64,000 nucleotides of DNA from Octopus vulgaris (Eukaryota), in assembly GCA_951406725.2 (NCBI GenBank), contig OX597831.1:30132001-30196000 (forward strand). Reading direction: 5' to 3'. The translations under genes and the position numbers were made by a program. Shown in pieces: positions 49,856 to 64,000 of this stretch (positions within the stretch are counted from its first letter, which is position 1; every line of letters starts with the position of its first letter). The notes beneath the pieces were generated by a model. That model did not search any database. It saw nothing but the letters and a program-made list of their open reading frames with translations, and was not told the origin of the DNA.

Positions 49856-50477
49856 TATATGTATGCACTTGTTAAATTTTCAAATTTCTAACCAAAAGAG
49901 AAAAACCAAGTCTCTAACCAAGAAAAAAGCTCTGCTCTTTCATTTGAATTTAGTTAATATCAACAGGGTAAAATGCGGTGAATAATGTAGTTCGCAGTCG
50001 AATGAAATGTCTGCAAGGATAACTTTAGCATTTAGTGGAAGAACAATCCCGCCCGTCTTTCCACGACCTGTGGAATATTATCAGATTAGATCCAATTGGA
50101 ATAATTGATGTTAAATTATTTTTAAAATCGTAGACTCATCGTTGACGCGCGCTAATAGTCAGACGGGCTCGATATGAATCACGACTATAAGATACCCGAA
50201 TTTGGTTAAACTGCACCACAAAATGTGGGAGGAGTTAGGAATCTAAATCGAAGGGGACAGACACTCACACAACTAGAGTTTTATATATATAGATATATGT
50301 ATGCACTTGTTAAATTTTCAAATTTCTAACAAAAGAGAAAAACCAAGTCTCTAACCAAGAAAAAGCTCTGCTCTTTCATTTGAATTTAGTTAATATCAAC
50401 AGGGTAAAATGCGGTGAATAATGTAGTTCGCAGTCGAATGAAATGTCTGCAAGGATAACTTTAGCATTTAGTGGAAG
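49852..50477 (-). mobile_element. Helitron-like 5' terminal segment in partial tandem duplication (period ~438 bp)
   Basis: Minus strand a-tctatatatataaaactctagttgtgtgagtgtctgtc resembles Helitron 5' ends; 49852-50043 repeats at 50290-50478. Confidence 0.5.
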
Positions 50478-50609
50478 AGACACTTGCCCAAGGTCTTTCC
50501 ACGCACCTGTTGGAATGATTACCCGGAACCAATGTGGTTGGTTAGCAAGCTACTTACCACCGCCACTCCTGCGCCTATGTTCTCTACAAGTATAAGGTGA
50601 CTGATATAT

Positions 50610-51030
50610 TCTTTCTTTCTTTTACTTGTTTCAGTCATTTGACTGCGGCCCATGCTGGAGCACCGCCTTTAGTCGAGCAAATCGACCCCGGGACTTATTC
50701 TTTGTAAGCCCAGTACTTATTCTATCGGTCTCTTTTGCCGAACCGCTAAGTGACGGGGACGTAAACACACCAGCATCGGTTGTCAAGCAATGCTAGGGGG
50801 ACAAATACAGACATAGAAACACACACATACACACACACACACACATATATACATATATACATATATACGACAGGCTTCTTTCAGTTTCCGTCTACCAAAT
50901 CCACTGACAAGGCATTGGTCGGCCCGGGGCTATAGCAGAAGACACTTGCCCAAGATGCCACGCAGTTGGACTGAACCCGGAACCATGTGGTTGGTTAGCA
51001 AGCTACTTACCACACAGCCACTCCTGCGCC
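50610..51030 (-). mobile_element. SINE group A, full length
   Basis: Complete head ggcgcaggagtggctgtgtggtaagtagc to tail. Confidence 0.93.
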
Positions 51031-51059
51031 TATGTTCATTTCTATATATTTTATTTTAT

Positions 51060-51480
51060 TTTATCTTTTACTTGTTTCAGTGATTAGATTGCAGCCATGC
51101 TGGAGCACCCACTTGAGGAATTTAATCGAATGAATCGACCCACTACTTTTTGCTTTTAAACCTGGTAGTTATTCTACCCGTCTCTTGTTGCCGAGCCGCT
51201 TGTCAACACCGGTTGTCAAGCGCTGGTGGGTGACAAACACAGGCACAAAGACACACAGACAATGACACACACACACACACACACACATGCGTGCACATTC
51301 ACACAGCATATATATGAAGGGCTTCTTTCAGTTTCCGTCTACCAAATCCACTCACAAGGCTCTGGTCGATCAGAGGCTACAGTAAGTAGAAAACACTTGC
51401 CCAAGATGCCACACAGTGGAACACAACCGGGAACCGTGTGCTTGGCAAGTAAGCTTCTTACTGCAAAGCCACGCCTGGGC
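51060..51480 (-). mobile_element. SINE group A, older subfamily
   Basis: Colinear but diverged from 50610-51030. Confidence 0.85.
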
Positions 51481-51816
51481 ATATATTTTCTGAACAGGCG
51501 GCATAACAGGTTTAATGAGAGGATAACGAACACTTGCAGAGTGCCTTGTCGGTCATGTATCATTGATTGATTTTTGTTATCGACTTGGCAACAGTGCTGT
51601 ACTAAGAATGGTTTCTGAGTTGAATTTGGATCTCAAATTTTGGGTAATTGTATTGATTTGTTAATCCACCCATTGGTACACTATCAAAGGCTTTCTGGCA
51701 GACTGACCACATTACAGCCAAATTGCCGTGGTGCTTCACTGTATCCACAATTCTTTTATTGATTAAATAGCTCTATAAATAACAGGAAACCATAATCATT
51801 ATGTGTGTGTGCGTGC

Positions 51817-51908
<92 letters not shown>

Positions 51909-52244
51909 TATATATACATATATATATTTATATATATACATATACATATATATATATATGCATGTATGTATGTATGCATGTATGTATGTATGTATGTATG
52001 TATGTATGTATGTATGTATGTATGTATGTATGCATGTATGTATGTAGGTATGTATGTATGTGTATGTGTGTGTGCGTGTGTTATGAACGAAATCTCAGCC
52101 TTTGAATTGCTTTGTAGCCCTTACGGCTTAGTAATATATGTATATATATATGCACTTCTGTACGTACATATATGCATACATAGGTTTTTATGTCGAGATG
52201 TTTGTATTCGCACTTATTACACTCTAAAATTATACACTCTAAAA

Positions 52245-52425
52245 TCGTTAAGAAGCCGGACAAAATGCTTGGTGGCATTTCATCCGTCTTTACTTTCTGA
52301 GTTCAAACTCCTCTGAGGTCGACTTTGCATTTCATCCTTTCGGAGTCGATAAAATAAGTACCGGTTAAGCATATCGACTTAACTCCTCTCCAGAACTTGC
52401 TGGCTTTGAGTCAAAATTTGAAATC
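52245..52425 (+). mobile_element. Old SINE group C copy
   Basis: gagttcaaactcctctgaggtcgactttgcatttcatcctttcggagtcgataaaataagtacc. Confidence 0.8.
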
Positions 52426-52545
52426 AATAATTACAGTGGAGTAATTAGATTATTATCAATGTCGTCTTTTTTTCATTTTACTTCAATATTAACACAGCGG
52501 CGCGCACACACAAACATGTGTGTGTGTGTGTGTGTATATATATAT

Positions 52546-53031
<486 letters not shown>

Positions 53032-53174
53032 CTCTGAGATGTATCTTCAGTGATGTGTCGAGTCTTTCAAAATCAGACCCAATCGCCCAGTTTATCCAGC
53101 CGAGGTCGATCAGGTCCCAGCTTACATCTCATTAACAGCACATCAATAGTCTTCTCTATTTACACGTATGGTCC

Positions 53175-53480
53175 AGGTCGCGTGGCCTGGTGGATAGGTT
53201 GTTGCAATAATGACCTGGAGACCGTGGTTTCGATTCCCGTACCATAGGGTGCATCGTGTTTTTGAGCAAAACATTTCATCTCACATTGCTTTGCGGTCAC
53301 TTCGACATCTGACGTGTGGCAAACTGTACGCCTTTAAAAGAGATGTATGTCGAGTTGATGGATGGATTAAGCTAATATACAGCAAGAAAATGTGAGCACT
53401 ATAAACAAATCATCTGCGCACGATTGTTCAGCAAGAAATGTTATAATCCCTCATCTGCCGTCTTTGACAGTAAAATCCAC
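53175..53480 (+). mobile_element. Diverged tRNA-derived SINE, group B-related
   Basis: gtggcctggtggatagg...gtggtttcgattcccgtacc...ttgagcaaaaca. Confidence 0.6.
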
Positions 53481-53527
53481 GATATACAAAATGTATTTAT
53501 GTACACAAACATGTTAGTATGTATGTG

Positions 53528-53991
53528 CATCCATCCATCCATCCATCCATCCATCCATCCATCCATCCATCCATCCATCCATCCATCCATCCATCCATAC
53601 ATGCATGCATACATACATACATACATACATACATACATGCATGCATACATACATACATACATACATACATACATACATACATACATACATACATGCATGC
53701 ATGCATACATACATACATGCATACATATATGCATGCATGCATACATACATACATGCATGCATGCATACATACATACATACATGCATGCATGCATACATAC
53801 ATACACACACACATACATACATGCATGCATGCATACATACATACATGCATGCATGCATACATACATACATACATACATGCATACATACATATGCATACAT
53901 ACATACATACATACATACATACATACATACATACATACATACATGCATGCATACATACATACATACATGCATGCATACATACATACATACA

Positions 53992-54020
<29 letters not shown>
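53528..54020. repeat. Compound tetranucleotide repeat (CATC)n(CATA/CATG)n
   Basis: Direct reading. Confidence 0.97.
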
Positions 54021-54022
<2 letters not shown>

Positions 54023-54130
54023 TATATATATACAAGTTTGGCTGCTGTTTCCAGAATAACTTCAGATTTCTCATTAATGCGGTACAGCTGATTTGTTTTC
54101 ACTGATATTTAATATTATATTAACATTTGA

Positions 54131-54568
54131 AGGCTGCGAGCCGGCAGAACTGCTAGTGCTACCACGCAGGGTAATATGCTTAGCGGTATTCCGTCCGTCT
54201 TTACGTTCTGAGTTCAAATTCCGCCGAGGTTGACTTTACCTTTCATCACTTCGAGGTCGATAAAATAAGTACCAGTTGGGCACTGGAGTCGATGTAATCA
54301 CTATCCCCCACCTCAGAACTTGCTGGCTTTGTGCCCCCATCAATCTTTTTCAAGGTGGCGAGCTGGCAGAATCGTTAGCACGCCGGGCAAAATGCTTAGC
54401 AGCAGTTCGTCTGTTTTTATGTTCTGAGTTCAAATTCCGCTGAAAACGACTTTGCCATATTCCTTTCGGGATTTATAAAATATGTACTAGTTAAGCACTG
54501 AGTTTGATGTAATCGACTGTCCTCCACTCACGAAATTTCAGGTCTTGTGCCTGTAGTAGAAAGGAATA
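54131..54568 (+). mobile_element. Two adjacent SINE group C copies (~54131-54335, ~54353-54568)
   Basis: Two heads, each with gagttcaaattccgc and the central domain, with different tails. Confidence 0.82.
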
Positions 54569-54739
54569 GTATGTTAACAGTTGCAAGGCAGACATATTTA
54601 CATTATCGCGCACAGTTTCTTTCTTTAACCTCACATTGTATTTTACTGCAATCTTAACACGAGAAGTCTTCACTTCATAGTGTAGGCCATAACCTAGTCC
54701 CTGGATTGCTCTGTACAATGTTTCGCCTCACAATCAATA

Positions 54740-55580
54740 CAGGGTGTTCGGGTTAAATTTGACGGATTTTTTTTATGTCTCCTTTTTTCAGAAACAATCC
54801 GATATATTTGTGAAAACTCAACAGCATTGAAGAGCATAAAGATTAAAGATCTTGTCAAGAAGAAGTTACCTGATATAGAGGACTGGAAACTATCAGAATT
54901 TTTGGAAAAGAGTTCCCTGTATAATGATGATTCGAACCGTGTATTTAAATGCCGACATCATGACTGCTGTTCATTGCTCTCTAAGGTGTGACATGGACAG
55001 CAGCAACGGAGATTATGAAGCTGTGGTTTAGTAGGAAGAGAGACACAGCAGGTATTCTGACTGCGTCTCTACACCGGAATTAATCCTACAACTGCAAAAA
55101 AAGGTGACGGAAGAATCTGGTATTTGGTGAGAAAGAGTTGTTGAAACCACCACCATAAAGCTGGCTCGAAATGAGGACCTTTGCTACCACTCGTACAAGA
55201 GGTGCCGCATGAGACAAATTCTGACAGCCAAGAGCAAGGGGAACCGTTTGACGAGAGCAATGAAGCCCCCAAAAGGGCTGAGGCATCCTGTTGAGCCGGG
55301 GATGATCTGATTCCTCTCAGATGAAAAGAAATTCTGCCAGAACCAGTTGATGAACACGCAGAAGACAGGTCTCTTACCTATAATCCATGTGATGTCCCAC
55401 GAATCACGAAATCCAAACTGTGATGGTCTTTAGGTGTGTCTCCGTGAGGGTAAAGACATGCCATCCTACATCTTTGAACAGAGCCTTAGGTTCAATTCAA
55501 ACGGCTATGTGAATTTGCTGGCAACCGTGGTCAAAGCCTGGCTGGAGTGGATTACCACAGGAAGGCTATATGTATGGTGG
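54740..55580 (+). mobile_element. Decayed Tc1/mariner (maT/DD37D-like) transposon, 5' part
   Basis: TA-cagggtgttcgggttaaatttgac TIR; FLSDEKKFCQ, DVPRITKSK, MPSYIFEQSLRFNSNGYVNLLATVVKAWL..GRLYVW. Confidence 0.8.
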
Positions 55581-55925
55581 ATAGTATCGCAATGGCACTT
55601 TTTGATCGTTGTTTATAATATGGATGGTTCGTTGGATATTAATTTCACAGAATCTGCATTAGTCGATGCATCAAAGTGTACTACCTGCACAAATCGCATC
55701 CTTCAATGTAAGATTTAATAGTCTGGTTGTTGCTCCACGATAATTTACTCTTGGCTGTCTATGTTGCCTTAGCTATTAAGGTTCCCTGTGGAGCAACTGC
55801 GTTGTGGGACATTCTTTGTCCCAGTTTCTACCATGTTTGTAGACTAATTTTAGGGTGAAAATCTTACTAGATGAACTTTTGGGTAAAAATTAAAGATTTA
55901 GATAAAAATTAAAGACATTGTCATG

Positions 55926-56323
55926 GGCGCAAGAGTGGCTGTGTGGTAAGTAGCTTGCTTGCCAACAACATGGTTCTGGGTTCAGTCCCACTGCATGACA
56001 CCTTGGCAAAGTGTCTTCTACTATAGCCTTTGGCCGACCAAAGCCTTGTGAGTGGATTTGGCAAGCGGAAACTGAAAGAAGTCGGTCGTATATATGTATA
56101 TATATATATGTGTGGGTATATGTTTGTGTGTCTGTGTTTGTCCCTCTCTCCAACATCGCTTGACAACCGATGTTGGTGTGTTTACGTCCCCGTAACTTAG
56201 CGGTTCGGAAAAAGAGACCGATAGAATAAGTACTAGACTTACAAAGAATAAGTCGTGGCGGTGCTCCAGCATGGCCGCAGTCAAATGACTGAAACAAGTA
56301 AAAGAGTAAAGAGTAAAAGAGTA
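55926..56323 (+). mobile_element. SINE group A, near full length
   Basis: Head to (aaagagt)n tail with a small internal deletion. Confidence 0.92.
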
Positions 56324-58289
56324 GTAACATACAAAGTGCAGAAAACCTTGCCGAAACTATTACCTTCATACGACCTGAGAACATTCAACAGGAGCACAAA
56401 TGTTAAAGCTGTGTGCACGATACTACTTTGCCTTCAGTTATCATTAGTGCAGTTAAGTATGCATTCGATGAGATTTTTGTAACAATTTATATTATTTCGA
56501 GAGTGAAAACATGCGGTATCTTCTATTTTACATCTCAAATAGATGGAACACTTGCAATTATATTTGTTATAAAGCAATATGCATTTTCTCTCGAGTACAC
56601 GTCAAGTGATAATTCTGTCCAAATAACGTAATATAATTAGCTCTAAGCCCTTCTCTCACGCATTTTGCTCTTTTTACAATGACATGATGCATTATGCTCT
56701 TAGTATATTAGATTTGTTTTAGGGCTTATGGCAATACCTTGAGGAGTTAACCTACTAGTTTTCCCCCTTACTGAAATGGATCACTGTATTATAACGTATA
56801 TGCATTGCTTAACTATTGCATATGTGTACCTAGAATTGCAATTTGAACTTGATGCATGATGTTGGCGGAAAGGAGCATTAGATTTAATTAGCTTAATGCA
56901 TGATTCCTTGGTAAACTCGTCTCGAAACTATTCATCCTTAATCGTTTTACGATCCAAACAAAATTGCAGACAGTCCGAGTCGTTCGTCCATGAGAGAATT
57001 ATAATAATTTCTTTCTTGAACAACTTGCAAACTGTATGAGAATCTCCCCACAATTAATGTTTTAGGGTCATACTCTGATTACATGGCAACTGGTGTGTGT
57101 AAGGAGAATGCAACGCAAAAAGAAAAACGAGTAAAATCAAGAACCATAGGACTTGTTGTGGTACGAAGTTTGAAGAAAATCGTGGTAAAACCTTCCGGAT
57201 GGCACCAACAGATACCTTTACTTGAATAAAAACCTTCCTGAAACGTGAGTTCAATATTATGTAAAGCATCAATTGAGAACATTTTAGGCATAAATTCCAT
57301 AAACTTATGAAATATAGTTGTAGCTTGCAATATACAAAATGTCGGTAAGATCAAATTAGGAATACTATTTCATCATTCGTATATCACAAAATGTATTGTA
57401 TTAATTAGTTAATTTGTAAATATTTAGTAGATAGCCTCGTAGATAATTAGCTTTCCTCTCTGTATCTAAAACGTTTCCCAAAATACTAAATTTCGGTTTT
57501 GTATTCAGAGTTTTACCCAAAATATATTTATGATTGCATATATAATTATGAGCACAACATTCACACACACACACACACACACACACTACACACGTGTATG
57601 TGTGTGTGTTGATGCATGTGAGTGTTGGTGTGTGTGTGCGTGTGTATCTTTTAACGTTTAAAATTTAGTCATTGGACTGCGATATATATATGTATATATG
57701 TATGTATGTATGCATGCATAGATGTATGCATACATGTGTGTATGTGTGTGTGTATGTATCTATGTATGTATGCATGCATGTCCTTAATTATTCAAAGTAT
57801 TATTTCCGTGAGTTACATTTTTAGTCTTTAGGCATTTCACTATAAGGAATAATATTGAGCACCGTATATTCCAGCGTAGAAGATGCATTTTCGCAATAGA
57901 ACACTTTCCTATTTACAAGTATATTTCAAAGCAGAAAAAACTAATTTAATATGTTTCATAATACACCGTTGCAATATATTTTAAAGCTGTTTTGCAGGGG
58001 AAAATGTATGATTCTGTGAATGTAAATACGATGTTGCTGCAGTAAACTTAAATAACGTATGAAACCATAAATTTATCAAAAATATGCTATGTTATATGAG
58101 TATGTGTCTCAATTATTTCTTCTTTCATAATAACTGTACAGATGTTTATATTTTGGTCAAGAGAATTGCTATGAAGACTGTAAAACTCGTATCTTGGTTA
58201 TGTTGTTTTCTTGTAGCGATCGTCCACCAGGGTGACATACTACTGCTGTTTTGCTTGCAAATGACTGTGTTTGTAGCTCTGTGTGCATG

Positions 58290-59050
<761 letters not shown>

Positions 59051-59342
59051 GGGCATACACACAAACAGAGATACAAAAACACTCATTTGCATACCCACTT
59101 ACATGTAGACACATTCTTATGTACTTGCTTACATACATGCATATACACATACATTAATATATATTTATATATATATATATATATACATATGTGCATGCAT
59201 TTTGTGTTTGCGTATATCTGCGTATATAATTGTGTGTACAACCTTCAAAACACAGCTTACACTCAGGTTTGGAAGCAATTATTGATATTATTTTGGGAAG
59301 CATATACCAAGCAAGATTCTAAGGGTAATAATAATAATAATG

Positions 59343-59412
<70 letters not shown>

Positions 59413-59614
59413 TAATAATAATAATAATGATGATAATCATAATAGTAAAGATAATAATAACAACAACAACGGTAACAAGAATAACAACAAAATGAATGTT
59501 GAAACAGAAAGTGGTTCAATATCTTGAAATGAATATAAAATAAATAGAATTTCTTTTTGGGGTTCAACTTTCTGAGAATATATATATATATATATATATA
59601 TATGCATATGTATA

Positions 59615-59680
<66 letters not shown>

Positions 59681-59962
59681 TATACATATATACATATATA
59701 TATATGAATATACACATATATATGTATAGATATAAATATATATATATATATATATATACATATACATACGTATATAGATATACAGATAAACACATGCATA
59801 TGAATACGAGTGTATGTGCATATATTGTAGATATATATACATGTGAAGTACATATATGTAATATACGTATACATATATATATATATATACACCTATATAT
59901 TTGTTTATATATGTACATACAGATTTACATACATATACACACACATATATATACATGCATAC

Positions 59963-60010
<48 letters not shown>

Positions 60011-60613
60011 TACACACACACGTATGTGCTCACACATGCATACAGAATCGACTGATGTTTGAAATGTTTATAGATCTTGTTTTGAATCAATAATGTTCAT
60101 ACTTTTTTCTTTTCCCGTATCTATACAGTCAAATATTCCATATATTTCTCTCTACTTTAACAGAACAAATCTTCTTCGGCAAATGAAAATCATATTTGAC
60201 AATCACAAACAGATATAAATAGATAGAAATAATAATACAAGATAAGATTGCAAAACACAAAAAGATGATAAAAAGTACAGAAATATAAGCTAGACTCCAC
60301 CAAGTATTTCAAACACCAAGTGTGGTCTATTGAAAAGAAAATAATATTATACAGTTTCTGAATCTCCTCGACTGTAATCGCTTGTAAATAGTAAATTAAG
60401 TTGCGTTCTGTTTTGTTATTATTGTGTTCTTCTTTTGAATATAGACAAATGCATTTGTATGGTGTTAAATAAAGATATGTTTGTGACAGGTTTGAATAAT
60501 TTCTTAAATCTTGGGGAAAGTGTAAAATACCTAATATTTTTGAAGGTGATGTTTTCTTTTCCTCGTTTGTTTTTTTTTTTGGGTGTCAATTATTATTATT
60601 ATTATCATTATTA

Positions 60614-60737
<124 letters not shown>

Positions 60738-62871
60738 CATTATTATTATTGTTATGTTAAGTTATTATCTTCTTTTGTTCATGTTTCTGATATTTATTGA
60801 GAGTTTTATTTTATTCAGTGGTAAAGTTTCGAATCATAGCACAAACGAACAAAAAGAGAAAAAAAAATCCCCAAAAACAAAACAAAAAAAACAAGAAAAA
60901 ACAATGTCATGTAGTTTTCATAACAAAGAAAAAAATGTTATCATAATAGTCTGTGTATAATTAATGAAATAATGTATGTACATACATGCATACATACATA
61001 TATACATACATACATGTATACATACATACATACATACATACATACACATTATATATATATAATATATAAATGTATATATGTATATATATATATATATATA
61101 TGCACATATATACACATACATATATATGTACATATCTATATGTATGTATTTATATTTACATTTGAAGATATATATATATATATATATATATATGAACAAA
61201 CTATAGACAATCTTTCCGATTAGACGTTGAAACTTTCACTCATTTTAAACTTTCATGTATTTGGTTGAGACGGTTTGCATCTCTCACTCGCAATGACTTC
61301 CGTATTTCGAAAATATAAAATAAAAAAAAAGAGGAAATATGTAAGAACCCATTTCAGTTTTGGTTTGTTTGCCGAATTATCGTAGAGGGCCCAGCTGGAG
61401 TTAATAGTTAATAAGTAATTACAGTTTAAAAAGTTACTCCAGTCTCCGACGACAGAATATTGCTAACAATAACAGCAGTGATATTTAATAATATTAACCA
61501 TAACAATAACAATAATAATAATAATGATAACAATTGAGTTTTGGAAATTGAATGTTAATCTTTCTTTGTTTTTTTTTCTGGCTGTTTTTAGTTTCATTTT
61601 CTTTGTTTATCTCTCGTTAAGTTTTTAGGATGACATTGATTTTGTTATAAATTAAAAATTGTCATTGATAATTTTTTTTCTGGTAATAGCTTGCTTTCTA
61701 TGTTTTCATTTGTTTATTTTATCAATTTCCGAATCCTCTCCAATATGTGGTAATTCGCTCTACAATCGTGTTTTGCAGCGACAACAGTTGTAGCATGTAG
61801 TGAAATGTCACCATGAAGTATTCCGATCTTTTTTGCAGTCCACCATCTTGCTATTGCGAAATTACACAGAATCTTTATTTGTTTCCTTGTTTAGAATAAT
61901 GTAATTCTGCTATTTGCCAATATTTATTCACCGTCGTTTACAAAGCAAGCTATCTGGTAAATACTCGTGACGAAGAAAACATTAGCTCCAATACTTGATC
62001 TTCTCAGTTTTTATTTCTCAAGATTGTTTATGATCAATATTATTCTTATTATTATCATTTCTCTTTTATTCTTCCAAAATTTATCTAACATTCTTTGATG
62101 AACTGTGCACATATATCTGGCTTCATCTGTCGTTAGAACTCTGATCTAAGCAAATATCATTGCACTGCGATATACACAGAAAATACACCGGCGCCAAAAT
62201 TTCTTTGTTCCTTTGCAATAAAAGCCCGGAAGCTTATTCAACATCCTTTACAACTCATGCAGTTATTGGTCTCAGCTGCTTTTATTCACAGTTTTATTTG
62301 ATGATGCTGTCATCCCAAGCCTATTTCAACACAAACCCACCTTATTTTATTTTATTATATTTTTTTAATTATAATTTTCTATCCAAATATCCAACACAAT
62401 TTGTTTTTGTTTTTTTTTTCTTCTTCATATTTTGAAAATATATTTCAGTTTATTGAATTTATTAGAAAAAGATTATTTTGGGAATCGAATTAGTAAAAGC
62501 AGTCATGTTCTTCATATTTGAACATTATTCGAAGATTCCAATTTAGGAAAAAAAATTCAGGAAGGAATATAAATAAAAGAAAAAATATTCTCTGTTAAAA
62601 TATAAACGTTTTACATATACTCGAAAATTTACCATAAAACAAAAATACAGTTTTTCAGTAAACAACTTGACCGGACAGTTACAATGTGGGCAACTCGATT
62701 GTAAATCATGTGACATTCTTTTCTCATTCCTCAAACAGTTTATTATCATTTTTTTTAAAATAATGATTTGGGAGAGAAAAATACGCAAGAGTCAGGGTTT
62801 CACGTGCAAGTGGGCAAAAGTATTATTTATCACGCTTTGATAGTCTTTTTACGAATTAGCATCGTTAAAAA

Positions 62872-63204
62872 TTATCATCATCATCATCATCATCATCATT
62901 ATCATCATCATCGTCGTCGTCGTCGTCTTCGTCATCATCATCATCATCATCATCATCGTCATCGTCGTCATCATCATCAGCAGCATTGTCGTCGTCGTAA
63001 TCGTCATCATCATCATTATATTTATCGTTATCATTATCACCATCACCAGCACATCATCGTCGTCATCGTCATCGTCATCATCATCATCGTCATCATCAGC
63101 ATCATTGTCATCCTCCTCACCATCATCATCATCATCGTCATCATTGTTTTGATATTATTGAAAAGATTATTATTATTGTTATTATTATACTTATAATTCT
63201 CCTC

Positions 63205-63235
<31 letters not shown>

Positions 63236-63335
63236 CATCATCATCGTCATCACTATCGTCGTCGTCGTCACCATCATCATCATCGTCATCATTGTCATCA
63301 TCGCCGCCGTCGTCGTCATCGTTAATGTCGTCATG
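62872..63335. repeat. Compound (CAT/CGT/TAT)n trinucleotide repeat
   Basis: Direct reading; source of poly-H/I/M ORFs. Confidence 0.95.
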
Positions 63336-64000
63336 AGGATTGCGAGGGCGTAGGTGGCGGAGAGCCGGACTAAGTGCTTTATCGTATCGTGTTCAGCAGC
63401 ACATTTCTTAAGTAATATCAGACCGGAGACGACTTTGTCTCTAACCCCTTCCGAGATCAACACTGTCTTGAATCACTTCCCAGTTGCATAAATAAAAAAT
63501 ATATTGCTTTAAGCTGATTAAACACATTATATCCCATTACAAATACACCACACACACACACACACACACACATACACACTCACACACGCACACACACACT
63601 CACACACTTGTACATACACTTACATACACATACTTCTATCAGCCAAAGTCAACCTCCCTCCTCCTTATCATGCTACCTTTTATTATCATCGAACATTCTT
63701 CTCCGGAGAAAAATCCCATTAAATGTGGCGGCTATACCAATTAAAGTTTGGGCTGACTCCCAATTTAAAAATGCAAAATAAAATAAGGAAGCGTTTCAGA
63801 AGTAGAGGTTGTTACGGTGTTCTGTTGTTTAAAGACACGTCTGGGTGTAGAAATTATATCCACGTAAAGGATTAAAAACTATTTATGAAACATAATCTTA
63901 TAAGACCAAGTAAAACTAAACATTATTGTTTGGACTTTACATTAGTTTTAGTAAAGTTAACCGTATTGTTATAATCCTTCGACAAGTTAATCCCTTCGTC

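Noticed and set aside
57060-57250. Possible coding exon
   Set aside because: Frames close quickly, no recognisable domain and no supporting neighbouring exons.

Overview
AT-rich, microsatellite- and SINE-laden eukaryotic DNA. The SINE families and repeat texture look like an Octopus/cephalopod genome (recognition, not a search result). I found no intact host protein-coding gene; nearly all ORF-track entries are translations of repeats. Main content: (1) 1-11460, a composite satellite of A4T4-rich short units, a 32-bp minisatellite and a captured SINE, amplified as ~1.65-1.9 kb units, with a ~1 kb fold-back palindrome. (2) 15577-25176, a head-to-tail array of 48 x 200-bp units, each with one minus-strand tRNA-Phe(GAA) and its own Pol III terminator; six copies carry G24A. 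(3) The array lies in one arm of an old inverted duplication of a tRNA-Phe/tRNA-Asn cassette whose other arm is single-copy (27597-28553). (4) 46878-47595, a young TSD-bounded, non-coding ~355-nt permuted-tandem element with a type I hammerhead ribozyme in a rod-like fold (retrozyme-like); two more degenerate minimal hammerheads lie in other small repeats. (5) Decayed R4/Dong-like, RTE, L1/Tx1-like, Gypsy, Tc1/mariner and Helitron-like fragments and three tRNA-derived SINE groups. Boundaries of decayed elements are approximate.
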